A DNA stretch of 63,992 nucleotides, the filler included, from Catajapyx aquilonaris (Eukaryota): NCBI GenBank assembly GCA_000934665.2. It is 4 parts of 4 records of this genome, joined end to end, with 100 filler letters (N's around TTAATTAATTAA, not from the genome) between each part and the next. Parts side by side here need not be neighbours in the genome. Positions count along the whole stretch, not along the records: positions 16,150 to 32,200 come from KZ539668.1; positions 32,301 to 48,375 come from JYFJ02007312.1; 2 more parts are not named here. One strand, 5' to 3'. Positions 22,901 to 33,423 of the stretch are shown here, piece after piece; within the stretch, counting starts at the first letter, position 1; each line of letters begins with the position of its first letter. Made by a program: the position numbers and the translations under genes. A model generated the notes under the pieces. It did not search any database. It worked only from the letters and a program-made list of their open reading frames with translations, and was not told the DNA's origin.

Positions 22901-25522
22901 TGTATGCGTCCTCTGTGAATTTTGTCTTGTACTGCATGAGTCTTGATCCCTGTTCGAATCTGGCTTCAACCACATCTTTAAGTAAGGGGAGAGATTTCCC
23001 TACCTTGGTGTTTCTGGAGATCACCTGATCAGGCCATTTTCGAAAATCTGCCACTCCCATTTGGACCACGGTGACATTTTTCCCCGATGACTCTATGACA
23101 CTTACAAGATCCACGAAATCGTAAACATCTCTCTTTTTCTTTAAGGCAGTCTCTATGTGCCCATGGACTGAGTCGGCAAGCATATATGTATGCCCAGTAA
23201 CTAAGTAACGAAGGGTTACTGACCGAGGGCCTTCAGGCTGATTTACTAGAGTCAGGAGTGACGTGTACAAGCACCAATTTTTATTTTGGGCGGCACAATT
23301 GTCCACCCAAAATATGAAGTCTGTGACATCTCGTTCCAGGCTTATGACTTTGTGAAAAGCGGAAGTCCCATCTTCTTTCGATCGTCCGGAAATGGCTCCA
23401 TGCCACAGCACGATGTATTTCGTACTCTTGTCCAGTGCCGCGAAAGTCTGATTAAATACAACCAAACGGGAAGTAAACAGAATTGATGTCTCTGTCAACA
23501 ACTTACTGGGGTAGAACGAGCAGCAGGCTAAACTCGAACTTAACTCCTTACCTGCTTGGAAACTCACGCACATGTCCCACTGATCCTTTCTAGGCTTGTG
23601 TATGGATATTTTCCGTTCTTCTAGGACTTTCAAGAAAGTAATTCTTGTGACTGGGGATATTCCTTCTTGCTCGCACCATTTTGCATACTCCCTATGCATG
23701 TTTGACTGTGACTGAAATTCTGCCTCAACATAGGTCCTGGACGATTTGGCACGACAGTAATGGCTTGGTACTTTTGGAATGAGTTCTAGCCATTTCAAAA
23801 CAGAGCCCCTCTTTCTAATCACTTCAGGAGGTTGTGGTTCTTGTCCCTCGGGTTGTTCATGGGTCTCTCCATCTGTGTCAGTCACTGATGAATTAATGTC
23901 ATCGTTTGAAACCCAGTTCCCAAATGCATCTCCTCGTATTCCCAATGTTGCGAGAAAGAAGGCCCTGCAGACCCTCACTTTTCGCCCTTGATTATTCTGT
24001 AGGTAGCAAATATGGGACATAGTTTTTTTGGATGATGCTCTATCTGGTCGGCGCTTGAAGGGTATAATGCTATCAACCAGTCCTCTTATGAAGGCCTTCT
24101 TGGCTAACCAGGTAGGTATTGCCCAAAACTGGTTGAATCGATCTTGCCTGTCTGCCTCGCTGAACTGTGCACATAAGTAAGTGTGAGATGTACTCTCTGC
24201 TTTACCTTTCTGCACCTTGGCCACCACTTCTTTGTGTTGACATCGTGGCTTAAATCATTCTCTCAGGTCGCTCCTGTGTATCATATTTGCCATCTGTTTT
24301 TCGTTTTTTACTGGAGTAGGCTTTCCCAGTCACTCGCAGGTACTGTTCTTGGGCCCGTTTGCTCCGTTTCTTCCTGTCGTGGCTTCCTTCTGCTTGCTGC
24401 TCAGTAGCATCAGGTGGGGGCAAGTAAAAAGGCTCATCATCAACAGGCACTACTACTACAGTTGTTACATTCGTGCAATTCAAAGTAGGTGAAACACATT
24501 ACCTTTGTTTGTTGTTCCTCCTCGAACACTTGGAACTGGGCATCACCTTCAGTCGTGGAGTCAGGCAAAGTATTACTGAAGGCGAGTGTTAGATCCAAAT
24601 GTCCATCCAGAAGAAGATGAACATCATTAATCAATGAAGACCAGAATGATAATGTCATTGTACCAGTTCGCCTAATGGTATCATTTTGCTCTAATCAGTT
24701 GCTTTGTCATGAGGTTTATAAAAATTATATTAAATAATATCTTACCTGATGCTGTTGCTGTATTAACGGGTCCTCAAAAATCAATCGACCATCCACATCA
24801 ATGCTTGCATTAATTATCATCGGAACCTCACTGTAGGTAGGAGTGTTAATGTCTTTTTGGATACCAGGAACGTCTTCTTGGTCATTAGTAGCATTCTGCA
24901 ATCATCGTTCATATAATTATTTTATCTATAATTATGAAGAGTTGAGATGTGAAGGGGTCACTGAAAGTGGCTATTACGAAGTCCTTGTGAGGTTGCTTTA
25001 ATTTAATTCTAATATTCTGCCAATGCTTACCTCAATCTTGGCATCGCTGTTGCTGGCGTTTGCTTCATCGAGCTCCTCCTCCAGTATCTTCTTCTGGGCT
25101 AGCAAAACCATCTTCTTGCCCCTACTGAAACCCGCCATCCCCACCACAAACACGCAACAATGCCAGAACACTTTCGTCCAAGCTTTCGTCTCTAACAATA
25201 AGACACTGACTCTGCAAAGTCAGGTCTCAACTTGCTGTCAGCCATTTTTAAGAAGCATAAACCTGCTATGTGGTGAGCCTCACAAGTCATGCCTTCATCA
25301 AAACCTGCTATGTGGAGTTGATCCACATAGCGGGTTCCATTCTGACGAAAATTGTGTCACACCACATGGCGGGTTTTAATATTCATTTAATTGTCACTAG
25401 ATGTCACAACCTACACCAAAATCGTTTGACCAGCACATGCACATAGCGGGTTCGGTCCTATTGGTGCAATAAAATTTTTTTGATGACAATTCCCCATAGC
25501 GGGTTTTGCATTTACAGGGACG
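19997..25522 (-). mobile_element. Sola1-type DNA transposon (5526 bp), internally rearranged
   Basis: 28-bp perfect TIR CGTCCCTGTAAATGCAAAACCCGCTATG at both ends; 4-bp TSD ATAT (19993-19996, 25523-25526); subterminal CCACATAGCRG repeats; transposase pieces at ~25138-25030, ~24480-23552 (PKVPSHYCR, KPRKDQ) and ~21100-20497 (SDGCGYQNKN, GHTMMEADSVHS). Confidence 0.85.
22298..23500 (-). mobile_element. 3' half of a second Sola1-type family nested in the element above
   Basis: RLVVFNQTF..LWHGAISGR..DNCAAQNKNW..GHTYMLADSVHGHIE, stop at 22698; duplicates catalytic motifs already present at 20497-21100; left boundary approximate. Confidence 0.7.
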
Positions 25523-25695
25523 ATATGTGACACTGTCCACAAGGCGGTCGGAAAACAATTTGTCCATGGCTCCCTCTAGTACCTCAGTTCCGGGGCAGGT
25601 TACACATTGTTCAAAAAAAACATGTTTCTTCCGGTGGATTGCAAAGAGTTGCATACATTAAATCCTTGTAACATGTGCCTGTGCTGTTGTCCAGA
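25523..25695 (-). pseudogene. Sola2-type transposase fragment (upstream half)
   Basis: YKDLMYATLCNPPEETCFF/EQCVTCPG..DSVTY, continuing in frame into QNWVQVD at 19992 once the Sola1 insert and one ATAT are removed. Confidence 0.75.
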
Positions 25696-26073
25696 TTAAG
25701 AGGGCCGGGTACCTGGCGACCGCGCCACTTTTCAGGCAAAGCGAGGAGAAAAACGGGTGCGGATTCATCGTCTTCGTTCGACATATCCTCGCTCCTATAT
25801 GGGAGGTACGGACATGCGGTTTTTTGCGTTGCACGGAGGGATGACCGGCGCTGCCTCCGGTGTTGGTCCGGTCCGGATCGGCCCACAAACACCGCATCTG
25901 GAACGGGAAACGCATTTGCCACAGGGGCGTCGAGCCGGAGGACGAAATTCAAAAAAGGAGCTTGTAGGTCCACAGGCCCACTGTCTATGTCTCTGCTGAC
26001 GATTTTTGGGTGCGCCGGGACTGTTTTTGTGGACGTGAGGCTGCACGAAACGAGACCCCAAGAACACAGACAC

Positions 26074-26220
26074 AGCGGACAAAAGGAGGGAAGAACAGAG
26101 CGGCAACACTGCGCCTTGGCAACCAGCTAGAGCTAGCTGGTTGCCAAGGCGCAGTGTGCCAAGGCNGGGGGGGCAACGGGCGCAGTGTTGCCGCTCTGTT
26201 CTTCCCTCCTTTTGTCCGCT
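26074..26220. repeat. Long perfect palindrome, partly scrambled at an N
   Basis: 42-bp outer arms (26074-26115 / 26179-26220) and 24-bp inner arms around a 2-nt loop at 26131-26132. Confidence 0.85.
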
Positions 26221-26222
26221 TT

Positions 26223-26890
26223 TGTTATAAGTGAAACACAGACTGAGTTACATCTGCTCTCTTTGGGTCCAGTCTCGAGACTGCTGCGTGGCTAGGTGGA
26301 AGGGAGGTATAAGAAAGGGTGATGGGGGAGGACAGCATGAAGCAACATTGTGCAACTTTCCTGGTCTAGGATTGGCTATTGGGTGGAGGTGGGAATCCCC
26401 TCTGAGAGTCTTGTTTATTGATCTGTATAATGCAATATTACAACACGTTCTTTTTTTCTTTTTTCTTTTCTAAAAATAACCCCAGAGCAATACACAGCGT
26501 CAAAGTTCGTTCCGAAATAGAATAACAAAATAAACACAAAGTCAATCCAGCAATCGGCGAGGGAGCATCACACGTCGACCTAGGCGGGTACGGTAGCATC
26601 CGTCCGGCGTCTGCGACGAATCATCAACCGGAGCTGTCTCTCCTCCCGGAGAGCTCCGGCGAAGGCACAGGGGAGGCCATTGGTGTCACCCCCAGGCCAG
26701 GTCGGGCTGTCACCGGCGGTCCCGCTGAGGTCGTTGCCTGGGCTGGGCTGACCACTGGGGCAGGTGTGGGAGGCACTCCATGGGCCTCTCGCAGATGCTG
26801 GCTGGTGCGGCGCAGCTGCCTGCCCGATGAGGTAGTGACCACGCATGAGCGTGGTGTGAAAGCCGAGGTCACCACTGTTGCAGGCACTTT
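26223..26890 (-). mobile_element. Gypsy LTR retrotransposon 3' end (pol tail, PPT, LTR)
   Basis: PATVV..TPRSCVVTTSSGRQLRRTSQHLR and YRTRLGRRVMLPRRL tail motifs; purine tract ~26446-26470; 223-bp LTR TGTTGTAA...TTATAACA at 26445-26223. Confidence 0.75.
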
Positions 26891-27765
26891 TTGTGGGGAC
26901 AGTGGGTGGCCTGTTGAGGTGCTGCTGCTGCTGGATGTGCCTCTCCGGTTCAGCAATTTGTCATCTCCCCAGATTGATTTTGCCAGCAGCTTCGCGAACA
27001 TACTGTCTGTTCCAGCATTTTCGATGACACCCAACTGGTGCCTACCTATTGTCACGCCGTTAGTGAGTGTCACCTAAAAGTGAGAGAAAAAACTGTTCAT
27101 TCTCCTAATTCAGTACAAATAAACGTAGCATCCTATTCTCTTGGGTTACAAAATATACAGGGTGTAACTCAATTTTCCAGCCACAGTGGACAGTTTTCGG
27201 ATAGCAACAAGTAAACTGTCACATCGATTATGATGCACTGTACGCAATAACTATAGGCATTGGAGGCACATGGCGGTACTGCCACATCCCTATATTACCT
27301 TTCAGTCCCATCCATCTACCTGGCCATTATGCATGAGTTTATCTTCACCTTGCATGTACTCGTTACTAATGGCAGGTAGCATTATTAGAAGACCCAAACA
27401 TGCATTACGTACCATGTGATTATCATGTGATGTCACATTATCAGTGCGCTCATCGACATCTGCTTCATGAGACAGTTCGTTTTTCACTGCTGTCCTGGTT
27501 CAATGGAATGTGTTGTTCTACTTGGGAAGTGTCCCTATTAGCTCGGCTCCCTAGAAGAATATAATGTAAGTGACATATTCTGTGTTACAATTTTTGATTG
27601 ATTTAGCAATACTGGACCTGATTGCCTCAAATATGATGCAATACTGTGCTGTAATTCTTCATTAAGCTCCTGGAACCCCCTGCATTGCTCCTTTTTTTTA
27701 AGGTATTTCTTTTTCATTGCATCCAGCTCTGACTTTGGAACCATTTCTTCAGGTGTCTTGACCTG
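26891..27765 (-). pseudogene. BEN-domain transposon accessory gene remnant
   Basis: Coiled-coil exon (~27763-27600) and BEN-like exon VTLTNGVTI..DSMFAKLLAKSIWGDDKLLNR..LSPQKV starting at an AG acceptor near 27074. Confidence 0.6.
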
Positions 27766-28140
27766 AAGAAAATTGGAAATATAGTATAGTAGTAATGCAC
27801 AGTTGGTCAGACGAGAGATGTGTAGTTTCCTACCCAGCAAATTTTTTGCCTAGCCTGACATCAGGTATGAGCCTACTACATTTGATACCATGTACTCAAC
27901 ATGAATTAAAATTACACTATTTTGAGGTGGGTATGTGTAGTATGTCAGTTACATGAATAATGTCAATGGTATTTGGTACATGGTAGCAGTACGATTGATG
28001 CTAATATGTGCTAAGGAACTTTTTGCAAATGTAACTAAAACCATTGAAACTTTGAATGATTACATAAAAACCAGTACGATGAATCCACCACAATCCATCA
28101 CAATCCATCACAAAAGGATTACGCCTACTACATAGGAATC

Positions 28141-28490
28141 TTATGCCTGCTGTTGCTGGTTTTGCTGCCTTTTCAACCGACACCCCTCCCAATCTCTCGC
28201 GCCAATCAGGCATGCGGTGATGTCTCGCTGAAATTCTTCCTCCGATACATCGGGAAAATTCATCCGAACTGCTGCTGCAATGAGAATAAGACACATAAAT
28301 GGTAATATAAATTATGTTCTTGTAGGACTACAACTATCACTAGCATTTACCCAGGATTACTTTGGCCAAGCTTAACTGTGCGAAGGATTTTTTGCCTTTA
28401 CGCCCGTAATAACTGAAGTCCAGCGCCACATCTCTTGCCATCAGTTTCATCACAATCTTGCTGCAGAGCCTCCTTGCGGTAGTGCCTCCA
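28141..28490 (-). pseudogene. DUF4806-domain accessory gene, last two exons
   Basis: GGTTARRLCSKIVMKLMARDVALDFSYYGRKGKKSFAQLSLAKVIL, intron, AAVRMNFPDVSEEEFQRDITACLIGARDWEG..* (frames not shown in the ORF track). Confidence 0.75.
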
Positions 28491-28627
28491 CATCAGTGGC
28501 GGATCCAGTATAAGTTTTTTTTTTTTTNNNNNNNNNNNNNNNNNNNNNNNTTGGCTTGAGAGGATATAAGCTTGCGCCCGCAAGCATGAAATGATGCCAT
28601 CTCTCTCTGTGGTCGGGGAAGGCTCTC

Positions 28628-29500
28628 TTAAACATAAATTCGGCTAAACATCCAGCGAAATGGGCGCTCTTTCGACCGTATCTGTATACAGTAACCAGAA
28701 TCAGGGTAAATATCCATTAGGGCTTCCTCTACATTACATATATCCGTCATACCTGGGTACTTTGGTGCGCACTTCTCGCCAACTCCTCTCGATGTTCTGG
28801 GTGTGAGCCCCAGTGTCGGGGTCAACGAAATTTTGTGAGCGATTCACTTGTAGATGGCGATATCCTCGTTCCCGTAAACAGGCATACGCTTTCCAATAAT
28901 CGCTAATTATGGTTGTACCATCAATAATTTTGTCTTTTATCACTTTCAATAGCGTCTTGCTGGTACGGTCAGGAACAGCGACCATAAAGAGTTTTTTGGG
29001 GGTTACTCCTTAAAATGCCCCCAAATATCCACTGTCCTTCGACGATTCTACCCCTGTTATATTTTCGTTTACCAAACTTAGCCTCATCGATTTCGACGAC
29101 TTCTCCTACCCCTCCTAGTTTTCAGTCATGTTTCATTACCCAGTAAACTAAGACTTCCCTACAGAAAGAGCACCAATCGACCACAGTATGTGTACTGATT
29201 TCTAGATCCCGTTCTAAAAACGTCTGACGTGGGGGCTCACGGGTAAGCCATATGTAAACTAGAGTACATATAGTAGCCACGGGTAAATTAGATTGATGGA
29301 AAAAAGAATTTGTTCTTGCAGATCGAAAAAACCTATGACGCCCCCTCTTAGCACACTCACCTACATATTTTTGACATCTAAATGCAAGGTCATTAGTATT
29401 TATGATGCACACATGACTACATACCTCACACGGAAATGTGCGCCTTAAGTCACCGTGGTTATATAAGACTTCAAGCAATTTTTCTCGTTCCGTCATTAAC
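28628..29500 (-). pseudogene. Merlin (IS1016/ISXO2-like) transposase, with stop and frameshifts
   Basis: VVEIDEAKFGKRKYNRGRIVEGQWIFGG; GTTIISDYWKAY..HLQVNRSQNFVDPDTGAHTQNIERSW; in-frame TGA at 29122. Confidence 0.92.
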
Positions 29501-30619
29501 GGGTAAAAACGCAGGGATGGCCGTACACAGGAGTAACCCCTCACTCTCCATCTTAGAATGTGACACATCCTAACTCTCGGTATCCCCCTCGACCAGAATA
29601 TCGGCTATCGACTGGCTGACCTATCGAAAAGCATATTGAGTTCTCCATCTAGCGGACTAATCGCCACCTAAATTTGGCGACTCCGTAACAGAAGTAACCA
29701 TTTCCCCCACTCGTTTTTCACGATTGACTAATTATCCAAAGTGATTTCGTCGTAGGCTAGCGATCGAAAGAAGTGGGTTCGAATCCCCCCCGGCGCAGGC
29801 AAAATGTAGGATTACGAAGTAGGCAGGGTAGGCAATGAGAGAGATTAACAATTAAACCAAGAGTCGCAACTCCGATAGTAGGTAAAACAAAAGGAAAAAT
29901 AGGAGAATAGTCAAGGATAACTATTCCCTGTTTATTAAAGTTTCCTTTTTATTCCGCGCCGATTTCAGATATCGATATTTCCTAATCTCATCACTCCAGT
30001 TACAATTCCGATATTCTCAGGACCAGCTACACTGCACAATTACCCACTACTGTATTTCATATGGGTTTTTTAAATGTGCGTAAATACACCAAAATTCTTC
30101 AATTGGAATCAATATTACATAATTTAGTTCATACTTATGGAACATTTGTGGACACTGTCACTGTCAACTCAACTTCAAGTGTTGCCATAGAATTAGGCCT
30201 TTCAGTGGTTTTAGTTTAAGGGCAATCATTTCCAGACAAGCAGGTGAGCTACCAGGATTGTAAGTGCAGAGTGAAATGCTTCGGCTGCACAGACTATTAC
30301 ATGAATTTTGGCTTTCAGTGTCCCATTTGCACAATCACTTAGTTTGTTATTCATTATCATGCCATATGATGCAATTTCTCTCCCTAGCTCAGATTAGCAT
30401 GACACCACAACTACACTATCATTATGTAAAGGTTGTTTCACTAATTCAGGGTTTAGGAAGCATCTGGGAAATGGGAGTCATGGTGCGACCACAGTAACCA
30501 CACAACTTGTGATTTTCTGCTGCGCACCACTGCTTCCTAACCACAGAATTTTTGAAACAGCCTTACGAAGTAGGCACATCAACTAAAGTCCTTCTCTTTC
30601 TTCTCAAAATATTCCTCAA

Positions 30620-31019
30620 TAGGAGATGCGTCGAAAACGCCTTTGGCATAATGGCAGCCCGTTGGCGTGTCTTTCGGAGGCAACTAGTCCTGCTGCCAGA
30701 GAATGTAGACCGGGTTGTGAAGGCTGCTGTGGTTCTTCACAATTATCTGCTAACTGAGGAAAACCGGTCTGGTGCTCTGAAAAGGTATTGCCCAACTAGT
30801 TACGCAGACACCATAGGCCGCGATGGAAATATTGCTGAGGGAGAGTGGCGGAAAGGTAGCCTTCCGCAGGGGCTGCTCGATTTGGCCGCAACCCATGCCA
30901 GGACATCTGCAACCTCAGCAACAGAGGTTCGCAAATCATTTGCGGAATATTTTATTTCTGTAGCTGGTGAGGTATCATGGCAGTGGGTTGTTCCGGGTGT
31001 CTCCAGGAATTTGAAATAA
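30620..31019 (+). pseudogene. PIF/Harbinger (HARBI1-like) transposase last exon
   Basis: RRCVENAFGIMAARWRVF..VVKAAVVLHNYL..GEWR..VRKSFAEYF..GEVSWQ. Confidence 0.9.
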
Positions 31020-31145
31020 AAAATGTTGAGAACATCATGAATAATGTGTTTCAATCTGCCAACACAAAAATTTGTGGGGGTTGATATTCCTGTCAAGAAA
31101 TAATTCCAAGAGTTGGCCATTCCTATCCCAATTGGTGATCTATTC

Positions 31146-31216
31146 TGGACACGATGTCAGTCAGGAAAAATTATGAACAGTGCGTTCATAATTTTTCCTG
31201 ACTGACATCGTGTCCA
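31146..31216. repeat. Perfect hairpin, 33-bp stem and 5-nt loop
   Basis: TGGACACGATGTCAGTCAGGAAAAATTATGAAC-AGTGC-reverse complement. Confidence 0.95.
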
Positions 31217-31399
31217 TCTCTCACATAAAACTCTTTCTCACATAAAAAGTCAGTCCCAATTTGTTTTGACTCGCCCTCCCTCGCATTTTTGAAGACTCAT
31301 TTGCACTGGGTATGTAACAGGTAGTCAGAAGGGGTTGAAGCAAAGTCCTTAATCTGTTGCACTAGCACAATCTATTTATTCCATCTCAGTCAGTATCAG

Positions 31400-31830
31400 T
31401 ATACTTTTTTAGGATGTCCATAATCTCCCACGTGCAACGTTGCTTGTATCTTTCTGGCACCTGCTTCATCATCTCGTCGATGAATTTCGCCATCCCTGAG
31501 GTTTCCTCTTTTTCCATGACTATTCTGCAATTATAAAGGCATTAATATGAAATTTAATATTCAGTCAGACTAACATAATTGAAAAATCCTTACTTGGCCA
31601 TCCGTGTTATCTCGGTATCAGCATCAACATAGTCCCGGGCTCCCTTCCTCCGCTTTTTTCCAGGAGTGAGGACAGGGCCCTGGGAGGATAATGTGGCACT
31701 AGCCGTAGGACTTGGGGAGTGGGACAGGGTCGGAGGGATGGTTGAAGGAGGAAAGTCCACTTCCGAGTCTGTCTCGCTAGGCTCGCTTCCGATCACCTGA
31801 AACCGTGCTTCTCTCTGAATGTAAAACACA
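31400..31830 (-). pseudogene. Probable Harbinger accessory (Myb/MADF-type) gene 3' exons
   Basis: Spliced S/P-rich exon with KKRRK ending at a GTAAGG donor ~31594; convergent with the transposase, as is usual for Harbinger; DNA-binding domain not seen. Confidence 0.4.
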
Positions 31831-32200
31831 AGTGTCACCCTATGAAAAATAATTAGCTAATAAGAACTGCAATACAATATATTTGAGGTCATTGTTGCCA
31901 TGAAAACCAATGTCATGACTCTCATGAGTTAGCATTTATTGTAGTTCCTGAAGTCTGTCTGTACCACACAAAGTGAAGTCCAACCAAAATGATTGCTTAT
32001 GTAATGATTCGCAAGATATTGTTCCCTGTGACTAGACCCTTTCGCCCAAAGCAGGGTCACAGCAGAGGCAAGATACCCACTCTGGATTCGATCACCTATA
32101 CAATTGTCGACCAGAAAGGTGCTGGTCCGTCAGGTGGTGGGAATAATGCACGTAACGTCCAGATGCAACTAATAGTTTATTTACACCATATGGAAAGGCA

Positions 32201-32300
32201 NNNNNNNNNNNNNNNNNNNNNNNNNNNNNNNNNNNNNNNNNNNNTTAATTAATTAANNNNNNNNNNNNNNNNNNNNNNNNNNNNNNNNNNNNNNNNNNNN
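32201..32300. other. Artificial contig spacer
   Basis: 44 N + TTAATTAATTAA + 44 N. Confidence 0.98.
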
Positions 32301-32514
32301 CTGCTTGCCTGGCTGCATGGCACTGCTTGCTGGGGTACAAGGCAGGTTTTTTTTCCAGTAGGCCTATTAGCTATTACACTACCATGCTAAAGTGCAAACT
32401 AGAAAGAATGTGCCATGTGCCAATTATCCTAGGGAAATTATATTCTCCCTCATGAAGAATGAACACAATGAGAAAGGGCTGAAAAGATGGGCATGGGGAT
32501 TGTTGGGTATGGTA

Positions 32515-32840
32515 CAGTGCTGGACATAATAGCCGTCGCTGAATGTTTTTTTCCGGCGGCGGCGTTACCTGGCATCCCTGTCTGGCGGGCCAATTCAAAC
32601 ATCAGCCCATGGAGACTGCTTCCATTGTTGCCACTGTTTACAAATCGAACGAGTGACGCGGATGACCCAGCGACGGGTCTCTTCTGCCTGCGCACTCACT
32701 CACTCGATTTGTAAACAGTGGCAACAATGGAAGCGCTCTTCATGGGCTGATGTTTGAATTGGCCCGCCGGACGGGGTTGCCAGGTAACGCCGCCTCCGCC
32801 GGAAAAAAACATTCAGCGACGGCTATTATGTCCAGCACTG
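32515..32840. mobile_element. Fold-back Tc1/mariner-type MITE (326 bp)
   Basis: TA|CAGTGCTGGACATAATAGCC...GGCTATTATGTCCAGCACTG|TA; arms ~135 bp. Confidence 0.9.
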
Positions 32841-32906
32841 TACGCAGGACAAGAATCTGTGATAAGGGAATGAATCAATTCTATCCTATTTTATTTATAC
32901 TTTGTA

Positions 32907-33067
32907 CAATGTTGGACATTAATCAAGGCATACTGCTAGCGACATTTTCTGAAGCAGCAGAAGAAGGAATCTTGCTCGCCCGGCTTGCACTATCCTTATC
33001 TCGATTCCTTCTTCTGCTGCTTCGGAAAATGTCGCTAGCAGTATCCCTCGATTAATGTCCAACACTG
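32907..33067. mobile_element. Palindromic MITE, same family as 5627-5788
   Basis: TA-flanked; ~60-bp arms. Confidence 0.85.
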
Positions 33068-33423
33068 TACAGAACCTCTAGTAATGTTGTAGTACACTAC
33101 ACCATCTGTTTGAGAATTGAGTTTGCAATTGTATAAATGGAAATTTAACAGACTCCCCATAAAGGCGGAATTCCTCGGTGTAAATGCACCCACCAAGTAC
33201 AGGCTGGGCAGGTGAATCAATGGCACTATTCCATGCACAACTCTGCTCCCTTGCAAATGGGGAGCCAACAGGACTTACAGGCAAAGACAACACTTCCACA
33301 ATAATTACAAATATGAGCTCAATTCTAAAGCAGATGGTTTAAATTGTATGGATAAAATGACAGCTGAAAATGCCCATCTCATAAAGCTTGATGGCAAAAT
33401 GGTGAAACAGTATAATGACTAAC

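Noticed and set aside
28628..29500. Bacterial IS1595 or horizontal transfer
   Set aside because: The motifs fit the eukaryotic Merlin superfamily, and it is embedded among animal TEs.
29745..29800. tRNA-like GGTTCGAATCCC
   Set aside because: B box only, with no convincing cloverleaf.
33078..33299. Third DAP exon
   Set aside because: No DAP C-terminal motifs (DFPP, IQQPR) seen.
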